Source: Minisyncoccota bacterium (GTDB lineage Bacteria > Patescibacteriota > Minisyncoccia > Phycocordibacterales > Phycocordibacteraceae). Taken from it: 56,828 nucleotides of DNA. The notes below the pieces were generated by a model that saw only the letters and a list, made by a program, of their open reading frames with translations, was not told the origin of the DNA and searched no databases. Below are positions 47,923-56,828 of the stretch, piece by piece. Where the stretch lies: assembly GCA_017991635.1 (NCBI GenBank), contig JAGOQE010000003.1:1-56828 (forward strand). The letters run 5' to 3'. A program made the translations under genes and the position numbers. How positions within the stretch are numbered: the stretch's first letter is position 1; the number at the start of each line of letters is the position of its first letter.

Positions 47923-50445
47923 ATGCCCTCCTTGCTCGGGAATATGTTTTCCAAGAATCAATCTGCAACCTTTGTTAAAAAGGCTGGATTAGTAGTGCGT
48001 TTAGCGGGAGAACTGTCTGACAAGCTTGAAGGCGAGACACAGGCAGACCTCATCAAACGTCTTGAAGTAATTCGAAGTAAGGGAGAGGACTTTCTACTGA
48101 GTGATGCTGGTACCGCGGAAGTGTTTGCACTCGTGAGAGAAGCATCACGACGTACTCTAAAGGAGCGTCACTACGACGTGCAGTTAATTGGTGGCCTTGC
48201 TCTCGCCAAGGGATCAATCGCTGAGATGAGAACAGGAGAAGGAAAGACACTTGTTGCAACACTCCCGACTACACTACTCGCCCTTTTGGGAAAGGGTGTG
48301 CACATGGTCACCGTAAACGATTACCTCGCTAGACGTGACGCTGCGTGGATGGGTCAAATTTATGACTACCTCGGTCTTACCGTTGGTGTAATCACTTCGT
48401 CAGGCGCGTATCTGTATGACAGTTCGCACGTCCAAGAATCTCAAGATGAGGTGAGAGATGACATGGCATCGTTTAAGGTTTTCTATGATTACCTTAGACC
48501 TGCTACAAAAAAAGAAGCCTACGCTGCTGACATCACCTATGCCACAAATAATGAGCTCGGGTTTGATTACTTGCGCGACAATACCGCGTATGACGCCGGT
48601 CAGATTGTACAGCGAGGACATCATGTAGCTATCGTAGACGAGATTGACTCCATCTTAATTGACGAAGCGCGCACACCGCTAATTATCTCAGGTCCTGCAG
48701 GAGACGCTGAAGGGCTTTATGAGCGTTTCGCCACCATTGTCCGTACCTTTGAAGAGGGGGAGCATTACACTGTAGACGAAAAGCAACGAGCGATATCACT
48801 TACTGACGCAGGTATTCAGAAAGCAGAGGAAGCACTTGGCATTGAGAATTTGTACACCGAAGGGGGAATGAAGTATGCGCACCATCTTGAAACAGCGATT
48901 CGTGCAAAAGCACTTTTCCACCATGATAAGGAGTACGTGATTCGTGACGGGACTATTGTTATTGTCGATGAATTTACTGGACGCCTACAATCAGGAAGAC
49001 GCTGGTCTGAAGGTTTACATCAAGCTGTAGAGGCAAAGGAGGGAGTACCGGTACAAAAGGAGTCAAGAACATATGCTTCGGTAACATTTCAGAACCTCTT
49101 CCGTATGTATGACCGTCTTTCAGGCATGACTGGTACAGCACTCTCATCTGAGGAGGAGTTTTATACCGTATATGGACTAGACGTTGTGGTAGTGCCAACG
49201 CACAGACCGGTACAGCGTATCGATCTTCACGACCTCATTTTCCAGAATCAGGAAGGCAAATATACAGCGCTCACGAGAGCGGTAAAAGCGCTTCATGCGA
49301 AGGGTCAGCCCGTTCTTGTAGGTACTGTGTCGATTGAAGACAATGAAGTTATTAGTAATTACTTGACGCGCGCTGGTGTACCTCATGAGGTGCTTAATGC
49401 AAAAAACCACGAACGTGAGGGTGAGCTTATTGCACAGGCTGGTAAATTTGGACGTGTTACGGTCGCCACAAATCTCGCAGGTAGAGGCGTTGATATTAAG
49501 CTTGGTGGCGCACCAGTCTCTGAGACTGAGAAGCAGTCGGTAATGGAACTTGGTGGACTTGCTGTGCTTGGTACTGAACGACACGATGCTCGACGCATTG
49601 ATAACCAGCTTCGAGGTCGGTCTGGCAGACAGGGAGATCCCGGAATGACTCAGTTTTATGTCTCGCTTGAAGACAAGCTTATGAGAGTGTTCGCGTCAGA
49701 CCTCTTAAAGAATGTGATGGGTGGATTCAAGCTAGCCCCCGACGAGCCTATTGCAAGTGGCATGATTTCTAAAACATTGGAGACAGCTCAGAAGAGAATA
49801 GAGGGCTTTAACTTTGATTCAAGAAAGCAGGTGCTCGCATACGATGACGTGCTTAATTCACAACGTCTCTCTATATATAGCGTGCGTCGCACTATATTAC
49901 TCGGCTCGCCAGACGAGGTACGAGAACTCGTTGAAACATATATACAGGGCGAGCAGGAAGTTAAGGCTCGTCTCGACGAGAAACTTTCAACTATGCCTGC
50001 CGAAGTTGCCGATGCGCTTCTTCGTAGGATCTTGCTCCAGATCATTGACATGTACTGGCTTGAGCAGCTGGAGACCATGGACTATCTGAGACGCTCAGTC
50101 TCACTACGTGCGTACGGTCAACGTGACCCTCTTATTGAATATCGAAAGGAGGGACTACAGCGTTTCAGGGACATGGAGGAGAATATCGCACGCGCATTCG
50201 TTGATGCGATACCACGTATTCAGGTATCCGATGATACGGAACTAAGAAAGCGTGAGGAGAAGATTCGTACGAGTCTCGTTGCCGCCTCGGAGGGAGAAGA
50301 GGTAAGAAAGGAACCCGTAGTGCGAGAATCTGTTCCAGGAAGAAATGAGATGGTAACCCTGGTCAAGGGAGAGGAGACAATTACCGTTAAGTACAAAAAA
50401 GCGGAAGACTATTTACACGACGGCTGGTCACTTACTGGTCGCTAA
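47923..50445 (+). CDS. secA: Preprotein translocase ATPase SecA
   Basis: 840 aa. MRTGEGKTLV, DEIDSILIDEARTPLIISG, TNLAGRGVDIKLGG, RGRSGRQGDPG. Confidence 0.95.
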   Translation: MPSLLGNMFSKNQSATFVKKAGLVVRLAGELSDKLEGETQADLIKRLEVIRSKGEDFLLSDAGTAEVFALVREASRRTLKERHYDVQLIGGLALAKGSIAEMRTGEGKTLVATLPTTLLALLGKGVHMVTVNDYLARRDAAWMGQIYDYLGLTVGVITSSGAYLYDSSHVQESQDEVRDDMASFKVFYDYLRPATKKEAYAADITYATNNELGFDYLRDNTAYDAGQIVQRGHHVAIVDEIDSILIDEARTPLIISGPAGDAEGLYERFATIVRTFEEGEHYTVDEKQRAISLTDAGIQKAEEALGIENLYTEGGMKYAHHLETAIRAKALFHHDKEYVIRDGTIVIVDEFTGRLQSGRRWSEGLHQAVEAKEGVPVQKESRTYASVTFQNLFRMYDRLSGMTGTALSSEEEFYTVYGLDVVVVPTHRPVQRIDLHDLIFQNQEGKYTALTRAVKALHAKGQPVLVGTVSIEDNEVISNYLTRAGVPHEVLNAKNHEREGELIAQAGKFGRVTVATNLAGRGVDIKLGGAPVSETEKQSVMELGGLAVLGTERHDARRIDNQLRGRSGRQGDPGMTQFYVSLEDKLMRVFASDLLKNVMGGFKLAPDEPIASGMISKTLETAQKRIEGFNFDSRKQVLAYDDVLNSQRLSIYSVRRTILLGSPDEVRELVETYIQGEQEVKARLDEKLSTMPAEVADALLRRILLQIIDMYWLEQLETMDYLRRSVSLRAYGQRDPLIEYRKEGLQRFRDMEENIARAFVDAIPRIQVSDDTELRKREEKIRTSLVAASEGEEVRKEPVVRESVPGRNEMVTLVKGEETITVKYKKAEDYLHDGWSLTGR

Positions 50446-50462
50446 CACTAATACATAATCGT

Positions 50463-51431
50463 ATGGCTTTCATTGACGAAATGCGCGTTTCTGCCAAGGC
50501 AGGAAAGGGAGGAAATGGAGTCGTGCGTTGGCTTCACCTTAAAGGAAAAGACAAGGCGGGTCCCGCAGGAGGAAACGGAGGAAGAGGTGGAGACATTATT
50601 CTTGAAGGAGTGCGTGACTTGGGTATTCTTGCTTCATATCGTTTTACTAAATCCTTCAAAGCAGAGGATGGAAGTCCTGGTGATAACAATAATAAGTATG
50701 GAAAGGATGGCGAAGCACTCATCATTAAGGTGCCTGTAGGTACTGTTGCAACAGATAGCACGAGTGGAGTATCGCATGAAATTCTTGAAGAAGGTCAGCA
50801 GATAGTTGTATATAGGGGAGGACAAGGGGGCCTCGGTAATGCCCACTTTAAAGGTGCAGTAAATCAGAATCCAGAGCAATCGACTCCAGGTAGAAAGGGC
50901 GAGGGAGGGGAGCTTCATATAACGTTGAAGTTGATTGCGGATGCTGGGTTTGTAGGTTTTCCTAATGCTGGAAAATCCTCGTTACTTAATGCGCTTACAC
51001 GTGCAGAGTCAAAGGTCGGTGCATACCCGTTCACTACTCTTGATCCTCACCTCGGAGATCTGTACGGAAAGATACTTGCTGACATTCCAGGTCTTATTGA
51101 CGGTGCCTCGTCGGGGCGAGGTCTTGGTTCTAAGTTCCTAAGGCACATTGAAAGAACCAGATTGCTTGTACATCTCGTCTCGTCTGAACAAGATAGCCCA
51201 GCTGATGCGTACAATGCTATACGTAATGAGTTAGTCACGTTCAATCCATTGCTCGCAGATAAGGAAGAGATAGTGGTTCTCTCTAAGGTGGACATGATTG
51301 ACACTGATGAAGTTACTAGGAAGAAGGACGAGCTTGAAAAGGCCTCTGGAAAGGAAGTAGTGGTGCTCTCAGTGATTGATGACAAGTTGCTCAAGTCATT
51401 CCAAGACATGCTAACGAAGAGACTTCCTTAG
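50463..51431 (+). CDS. obg: GTPase ObgE/CgtA
   Basis: 322 aa. FIDE..V...AG.GGNG, a Gly-rich Obg fold, GFPNAGKSSL, DIPGLI. Confidence 0.9.
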   Translation: MAFIDEMRVSAKAGKGGNGVVRWLHLKGKDKAGPAGGNGGRGGDIILEGVRDLGILASYRFTKSFKAEDGSPGDNNNKYGKDGEALIIKVPVGTVATDSTSGVSHEILEEGQQIVVYRGGQGGLGNAHFKGAVNQNPEQSTPGRKGEGGELHITLKLIADAGFVGFPNAGKSSLLNALTRAESKVGAYPFTTLDPHLGDLYGKILADIPGLIDGASSGRGLGSKFLRHIERTRLLVHLVSSEQDSPADAYNAIRNELVTFNPLLADKEEIVVLSKVDMIDTDEVTRKKDELEKASGKEVVVLSVIDDKLLKSFQDMLTKRLP

Positions 51432-51477
51432 TCATTTTCTTGCGTCTAGTGCGGTAAGTAAGGTAGTCTTTGAGTAC

Positions 51478-52896
51478 ATGTCCACGACCTATCGCCCAAC
51501 TATTGGTCTTGAAGTTCACGCAGAGCTAAACACAGCAAGTAAGATGTTCTGTGGCTGTATGAATGCACCAGAGGGTAGTGAGCCGAACACGTTGGTCTGT
51601 CCGGTATGTTTAGCCCATCCTGGCGCGCTTCCAACGGTTAATAAGCAGGCAGTCCGTCATGTGCTTAGAGTCGGCACTGCGCTCGGTGCAACGTTCGCGG
51701 ACTATTCTGAATTTGATAGAAAATCTTATTTCTATCCAGATATGGCAAAGGGGTATCAGATTAGTCAGTATGAATACCCGCTCATACAGGGTGGAGAGCT
51801 GCAGGGTGTTGAAATTACTCGAGTTCACCTTGAAGAAGACACTGCGCGCTCCTCGCACGGTCTTGCAGGGGACAATGAAAGCCTCGTAGACTTTAACAGG
51901 GCCGGTGTACCACTGATGGAGCTCGTTACGGAGCCGGTAATTCATGACGCACAGACCGCAGGTGCTTTTGCGAAGTCCTTGCAACTCCTACTCCGCACGC
52001 TTGAAGTGTCCGGGGCTGAACTTTCTAAAGGTGAGATGCGTATTGAGGCGAACATCTCTGTAAGTAAGAGTGATGTTTTTGGTACAAAGGTAGAGGTTAA
52101 GAACTTGAATTCGTTTAGAGCTGTGGAGAAGGCCATAGAGTTTGAAATCAAAAGACAAATTGAAGTCCTCGAGGCGGGTGGAGAGGTAATTCAAGAGACG
52201 AGAGGTTGGAATGAGACTACGGAAGAGACGTTTCCTCAGAGAGTGAAGGAAGGAGCAGCTGACTATAGATACTTCCCAGAGCCTGATTTAACTAAGTTTT
52301 CTATCTCGTCTACACAAGAATTCTCGTTTGACGAGATTAAGAACGCGTTGCCAGAGCTTCCATGGGCTAGGGAAGAGCGGTACAAAAAGTCAGGAATCAA
52401 GACCGAGGACGCTCAGTACCTTGTTCAGACGAAAGAAAGGTCGGACTTTTTTGATAAGATTCTTGTACTCACAGCCGATCAAGAGACTATACGACTATCA
52501 AGCAACTACATCGTAAGTGAACTTGCAGGGTGGTACACGAAAAATCAGGTCACTGAGTTCAGTAATATTACACCTGAGACATTTCTCGAGGTTATCGCAC
52601 TTATACGAGAGGGCAGATTGTCCTCTCGAGGAGCAAAGGACGTGTTCGCCCACGTGCTTCAAGAAGGTGGTGCGCCAGAATCAATCATGACAAGCCTTGG
52701 ACTTGAACAGGTGCGGGATGAAACTAAGCTTCGTGAGGTTGTAGACCGGGTGGTAGAGTTGCATCCTCAGGCAGTGGTAGAGTTGAAGCAAGGCAAGGAG
52801 GCTCTACTGCAATTCCTTGTTGGGCAGGCCATGAAGGAATCTAGGGGTGGCGGAAACCCTGCTGAGTTCCAACGGTTGTTTAGGGAATTGCAATAA
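51478..52896 (+). CDS. gatB: Asp-tRNA(Asn)/Glu-tRNA(Gln) amidotransferase subunit B
   Basis: 472 aa. IGLEVHAEL, K.FC.C, C.VC...PG.LP, HLEEDT, DYRYFPEPDL. Confidence 0.9.
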   Translation: MSTTYRPTIGLEVHAELNTASKMFCGCMNAPEGSEPNTLVCPVCLAHPGALPTVNKQAVRHVLRVGTALGATFADYSEFDRKSYFYPDMAKGYQISQYEYPLIQGGELQGVEITRVHLEEDTARSSHGLAGDNESLVDFNRAGVPLMELVTEPVIHDAQTAGAFAKSLQLLLRTLEVSGAELSKGEMRIEANISVSKSDVFGTKVEVKNLNSFRAVEKAIEFEIKRQIEVLEAGGEVIQETRGWNETTEETFPQRVKEGAADYRYFPEPDLTKFSISSTQEFSFDEIKNALPELPWAREERYKKSGIKTEDAQYLVQTKERSDFFDKILVLTADQETIRLSSNYIVSELAGWYTKNQVTEFSNITPETFLEVIALIREGRLSSRGAKDVFAHVLQEGGAPESIMTSLGLEQVRDETKLREVVDRVVELHPQAVVELKQGKEALLQFLVGQAMKESRGGGNPAEFQRLFRELQ

Positions 52897-52907
52897 CGTT
52901 CACATTG

Positions 52908-52931
52908 AAGCGCTCGCCAGGGCGCTTTTTT
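52908..52931 (+). terminator. Probable intrinsic terminator after gatB
   Basis: aagcgc / tcgccagg / gcgctt followed by TTTT. Confidence 0.5.
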
Positions 52932-52974
52932 GTTTTCCCCGTATTAGAATGTTGCCTCTTTTAAACAAGACAAG

Positions 52975-53820
52975 ATGTCTTATACTTACAGTATGGATGA
53001 ACTAACAATAGGAGACAAAGTATACATCTCGACAAAACGCGCTGCTGATATTACTGGTTACGCAAAGGATTATGTGGGCCAGCTTTGTCGTGAGGGTCGC
53101 GTTGAAGCAACACTCGTTGGGAGAAGCTGGTATGTGCTCGAGTCTTCAATAAGGGAGCATCGATTTGGTGAAGAAACAAAGAAGACGAGCTCATTTGAGG
53201 AAAAGGAACCGATTTTGAATACCTGGAGTGTGCCCGTATATAAGCCAGAACCTGTAGTAGAAGTCCCTAAGTTAAGCTCAAGAGAAACTCCGCCTGCTCC
53301 TTCTGATGAAGAAACTATTGAGGATATGCAAGCAGCTTGGAAGGAATGGTTTGTAAGACGAGAGGATAAGGAAGTTACTTCTCAGGAAGTGAGTCAGGTC
53401 GAGTCAGAAATTTTTAGCGAGGTCGAAGTAGAGGAGGAAGAGCAAGAATCGTCTACGTATGAAGAGCCAGCACAGGAGTCAGAGTATCTTGACCCTGTGC
53501 CCTTTACGCCTGAAATCGAGACGCCAGTGCCAGTTATGAGGGATTACAGTCGTGAGGAACCCATCTCTATTGAACATGTGGAGCGTGCTGTGAGACAGAG
53601 GGAGGAGGTAGAGCCTGTAGTTGTGCCTCGCGCAAGAAGGTCGAGGAAGGGAGGTGCGGTGAGTCTGGTCATCGTACGCGCAGTACTCGTGGGCGTTATG
53701 CTTGTAACGGTCGCTATAACTCTCATCGGTCTCGGCTTTGCAGATCAGTACGCGTTTAAGCAAGATGCACGGTACGAGGCAGTGAGATTCTTTAGTGGTG
53801 TAAATAGTGTTGAAAAATAA
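52975..53820 (+). CDS. N-terminal excisionase/MerR-like HTH protein with an acidic linker and a C-terminal TM anchor
   Basis: 281 aa. ISTKRAADITGYAKDYVGQLCREGRVEATLVGRSWYV, an Glu-rich middle, and the TM AVSLVIVRAVLVGVMLVTVAITLIGLGF. Confidence 0.65.
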   Translation: MSYTYSMDELTIGDKVYISTKRAADITGYAKDYVGQLCREGRVEATLVGRSWYVLESSIREHRFGEETKKTSSFEEKEPILNTWSVPVYKPEPVVEVPKLSSRETPPAPSDEETIEDMQAAWKEWFVRREDKEVTSQEVSQVESEIFSEVEVEEEEQESSTYEEPAQESEYLDPVPFTPEIETPVPVMRDYSREEPISIEHVERAVRQREEVEPVVVPRARRSRKGGAVSLVIVRAVLVGVMLVTVAITLIGLGFADQYAFKQDARYEAVRFFSGVNSVEK

Positions 53821-53879
53821 AGATATCTCGTCTCGTTTAGACAAGATATACAATAACCAGCTAATAGGATTGGTATAGA

Positions 53880-53927
53880 AGAAACGAAAATGCGCGCAGA
53901 CTAGAGTCTGCGCGCATTTTCGTTTCT
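53880..53927. terminator. Perfect inverted repeat of about 21-23 bp (hairpin), no clean T-run
   Basis: agaaacgaaaatgcgcgcagact / agtctgcgcgcattttcgtttct. Confidence 0.55.
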
Positions 53928-54318
53928 GTTGTGTGGTGCATTACTCCATTTTCAATAGTTACCACGGACTAGGAACTAATAAATATGCATGTTGATGGTT
54001 AGTTAAGACTCTCGGTACTGTTTGAAGTAAGAATCTATCAACGCGTGCCTGTACGTATTCAAAGAGTCTGACACTCTGCTGCATCCTGTTAGAAAGGGAA
54101 CGTATGATCATGAAGAGTGCCTGATGAAGATATTTTTTGTGTATTAATTTCGTACGGGTGCGAGGCTAAGTTAAATTTTTTTAATAGATCTATCGCATCA
54201 TTATCCGAGCGTAAAAAATTATTTTTCATGATGATTTTTTTGTGCAACGCTATCCACACTCGTTTTGATACTTCATCCGAAAAAACAAGTTATTATTTGG
54301 ATAGTTCGGATATCCGAT

Positions 54319-56828
54319 ATGGCTCTTCTCACCAAAAACAAGCTCATCTCAACTAAGGAAGCATCAGAGCTTTCAGGCTACCATCCTGACTACCTTGCGC
54401 GCCTCTGCCGCACAGGAAAGATCGGAGGAATGCAGGTTGGAAGAACCTGGCTTGTTGAGTCAGATTCACTTTCAAAATTTGTTCGTGAACAAGCTGAAAG
54501 GAAGAAAAAAATTGCTGAGGAACTTTCTGAAAAATTGGAAAAGGAATACAAGACTTTTCAAACTCCTGTTTCCACCCCTCGCACAGTTTCTACGACTTCT
54601 TATTCATTTGCTAACTTCTCGGTTTTTGCGCTCTCATTCTTTATCGTAGGACTCTCTGCTCTCACCGCATCTTCTGGTGTTATTTCAAAGGTTGCTCAGG
54701 TTGTTGTTGACGAGGCGCTCGTTGCTTCACTAAGTTTCCATAGCTCACTAGCTGCATTTGAAATGCCTTCAACCACTGGAGCGTCACTCAAAACCGTTGC
54801 CTTTATTTCAAATACAGAAGTACTTCCTGAGGCAGTACAAATCTTGGAAGGAAAGTTTGCCGAAGTGATGGTTGCTGGTGACCCATCGTTAACTTTTCTC
54901 TCACCAGCACCTCTAACTCGCACTGCCTCTGTCGAGCGTGTTGTTGCAGTTGAAAATCCTGGGTTGATGTTTGGAACACTTCTCCGAGATGGAGTTGTTT
55001 CTTTCAACAAGGAAGGTGTTCGTCACCTCGAAGCATTAGTAACGCTTCCTAAGATTGCAGTACGCGCAAAGAACGAATTACTTTCAAATTACGAATTGCT
55101 TGTATACGGTTGGGTTACAGAAACACCACGTGTTGCAAGGTCGGTAGCAACACTTCCACTTGCTCTTGGCGATGCATCACTAGCATTTACTGCACACATC
55201 GTTCCTACTGGGTCATATGTATATACCGTTGGTGTTGAGAAGGTTGCATCAGCGCTTAATGATGCTCCTGCACACGGTGCAGTTCTTGCAAATGATACTT
55301 CTCATCAGGTCGAGAACCTCATCGCGCTTGTTCCGCAGTATTCGTTTAGTAATACAAAACTAAATACCTCATCTCTCGCCTCACTTCCATTTGGTGTTTC
55401 TGGTATCCAAGAAGTGACGAGTACTGCAGCACTCCTTACGTACCAAGGAGTTACCAAATTCTTTAACGGCTTCAGTGCAAAGGTCGCCTCATACTTCTCA
55501 TTTGACGACACAGTTCGTCTTACTGTGGTTTCTGAGGATTCTTTTGTGCCTGAGGCGCCTGTAGAGCCTTCAGAAGCGGGAGGTGAATCAGTTTCAATAG
55601 CGCTTACGAATGAAGGTAATTCTTACTACACGACCATTTCAGGTATTTCAAATGAGGTATTTGTACGCACCTTAAGCGCATTTAAGAAGTCAATCACCGA
55701 TCCTGTATACGCCTCGTTTTATGCTATGGACGAGCGCATCGCAAAGATTGGAGATCGCGTCTCAGCGCTTGAGGATGGCGACACTACTAGTGGTGGAGGT
55801 AGCGGAGGAGCTCTTTCTGGCACAACACTCACTGTTACTGGAAACGGCTCAGTAGGGGGAACGTTCCAGGCAGGAACCACCACAGTAAGTGGTGGACTTA
55901 CCGTTACGGGTGATGCCGCTATTTCAGGAGCACTTACTGTTGGATCATTTTCAGTTTCAAATCTTTCTGTAACTGGCTCTATCTCGGCCCCAACATTTAA
56001 TGCAACGTCAACAACAGCAACCTCAACGTTCTCAGGTGGTTTTGTATTCGGAAACGCTGTAGGTAATTCTCTTTCCGTAAATTCTTTTGTTGCAACAACA
56101 TCAACGATTTCAAATCTCACAGCAACTAATGCAGTGGTAACTAATGGAACTACCACAAACGCTACATCAACAAATCTTTCAGTATCAAATGCACTCACAT
56201 TAACCGGCCTTACACCATCACGCTTGGTGATGGTGAATGGAACTGGTATTGCAACATCAACAAATCTTTCTTCATGGATTTCAGGAACTACTGACCAAAT
56301 CACTGTCACTGACAATAGTGCTGGTGGTATCGCGCTCTCACTTCCAACAACGGTTCGTATCACCAATGCTTCTACGACAGCGCTTTCATCAAATACATTG
56401 GCGGTTGGACAGACAGGAACAACAACAATTTCTTCAACAGGCGCTCTCTACACGCCAACACTTACCGTAGGCGCGCTCTCTGGAATTTTGAAGGCTACTG
56501 CAGGCGTAGTGTCTACGTCACTCATCTCGCTCACTTCTGATGTCTCAGGAACACTCCCTGTTTCTTCTGGTGGTACTGGTACAGGTACTGCACCCACATA
56601 TGGACAGCTTCTGGTTGGTAATGGAAGTGGTGGCTACACGCTTACATCAACATCCTCACTCGGTATTGTTGGCGGAGGAGGTGGAGGTACGTGGGGTTCA
56701 ATCACCGGCACACTCTCCGACCAGACCGATCTTCAGTCAGCACTTGATGCAAAACTCTCTCTCACCTCATGGTACGCAACCACCACTGACGGACTTGATG
56801 AGGGGTCATCAAACCTTTACTACACCCT
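54319..56828 (+). CDS. Large HTH-TM-fibre protein, partial (runs off the window): N-terminal HTH paralogous to 52975, one TM helix, then a Thr/Ser/Gly-rich tail-fibre-like ectodomain
   Basis: Translated by hand in frame 1 from ATG 54319: 836 codons with no stop. It is not in the supplied ORF track because it has no stop in the window. ISTKEASELSGYHPDYLARLCRTGKIGGMQVGRTWLV; TM FSVFALSFFIVGLSALTASSGVI; later LPVSSGGTGTGT and SDQTDLQSALDAKL motifs. Confidence 0.8.
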   Translation, partial: MALLTKNKLISTKEASELSGYHPDYLARLCRTGKIGGMQVGRTWLVESDSLSKFVREQAERKKKIAEELSEKLEKEYKTFQTPVSTPRTVSTTSYSFANFSVFALSFFIVGLSALTASSGVISKVAQVVVDEALVASLSFHSSLAAFEMPSTTGASLKTVAFISNTEVLPEAVQILEGKFAEVMVAGDPSLTFLSPAPLTRTASVERVVAVENPGLMFGTLLRDGVVSFNKEGVRHLEALVTLPKIAVRAKNELLSNYELLVYGWVTETPRVARSVATLPLALGDASLAFTAHIVPTGSYVYTVGVEKVASALNDAPAHGAVLANDTSHQVENLIALVPQYSFSNTKLNTSSLASLPFGVSGIQEVTSTAALLTYQGVTKFFNGFSAKVASYFSFDDTVRLTVVSEDSFVPEAPVEPSEAGGESVSIALTNEGNSYYTTISGISNEVFVRTLSAFKKSITDPVYASFYAMDERIAKIGDRVSALEDGDTTSGGGSGGALSGTTLTVTGNGSVGGTFQAGTTTVSGGLTVTGDAAISGALTVGSFSVSNLSVTGSISAPTFNATSTTATSTFSGGFVFGNAVGNSLSVNSFVATTSTISNLTATNAVVTNGTTTNATSTNLSVSNALTLTGLTPSRLVMVNGTGIATSTNLSSWISGTTDQITVTDNSAGGIALSLPTTVRITNASTTALSSNTLAVGQTGTTTISSTGALYTPTLTVGALSGILKATAGVVSTSLISLTSDVSGTLPVSSGGTGTGTAPTYGQLLVGNGSGGYTLTSTSSLGIVGGGGGGTWGSITGTLSDQTDLQSALDAKLSLTSWYATTTDGLDEGSSNLYYT

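Noticed and set aside
55719-56366. 215-aa minus-strand ORF, plus the other antisense and alternate-frame ORFs at 54395-56470
   Set aside because: They lie inside the uninterrupted frame-1 fibre gene. The low-complexity Val/Thr/Pro translation is the mirror of the Thr/Ser/Gly repeats.
55790-56700. Repetitive DNA considered as a CRISPR array or tandem non-coding repeat
   Set aside because: The repeats are degenerate, in-frame and coding (fibre repeats). There are no identical direct repeats with unique spacers anywhere in the window.

Overview
This 56.8 kb window is from a small-genome bacterium. The gene content and rRNA oddities fit a Candidate Phyla Radiation/Patescibacteria (Parcubacteria-like) lineage; that placement is inference, not a database result. 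The standard genetic code applies, since TGA is used as a stop. The window opens inside a 23S rRNA gene interrupted by a 404-nt ORF-less insertion, followed by 5S rRNA and a terminator. A 16S rRNA gene lies 14.9 kb further on the same strand, unlinked from 23S-5S. It has its own promoters and terminator and is followed by tRNA-Ile(GAU). The canonical 16S 3' tail appears split by a roughly 250-nt structured insert. The protein genes are mostly housekeeping: rdgB, a SEDS protein, folD, secDF, pyrH, murD/murC/murB, rsmI, secA, obg and gatB. They are interleaved with a very large surface-glycan locus: many GT4 glycosyltransferases, a priming sugar transferase, epimerases, rfbB/rfbC, a DegT-family enzyme, two methyltransferases, a flippase and an O-antigen-ligase/TPR protein. 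Accessory content includes a type IV pilin and a VirD4/TraD-like ATPase coupled to a secreted LTD/PKD protein. There is also a GC-rich single-gene island and a Lys/Ala-rich H1-like protein. At the right edge sit two paralogous proteins with an N-terminal HTH and a membrane anchor. The second is a >836-aa tail-fibre-like protein that runs off the window and is missing from the supplied ORF track. Shine-Dalgarno motifs are nearly absent; TATACT-like -10 boxes sit 6-10 nt from many start codons, suggesting leaderless initiation.
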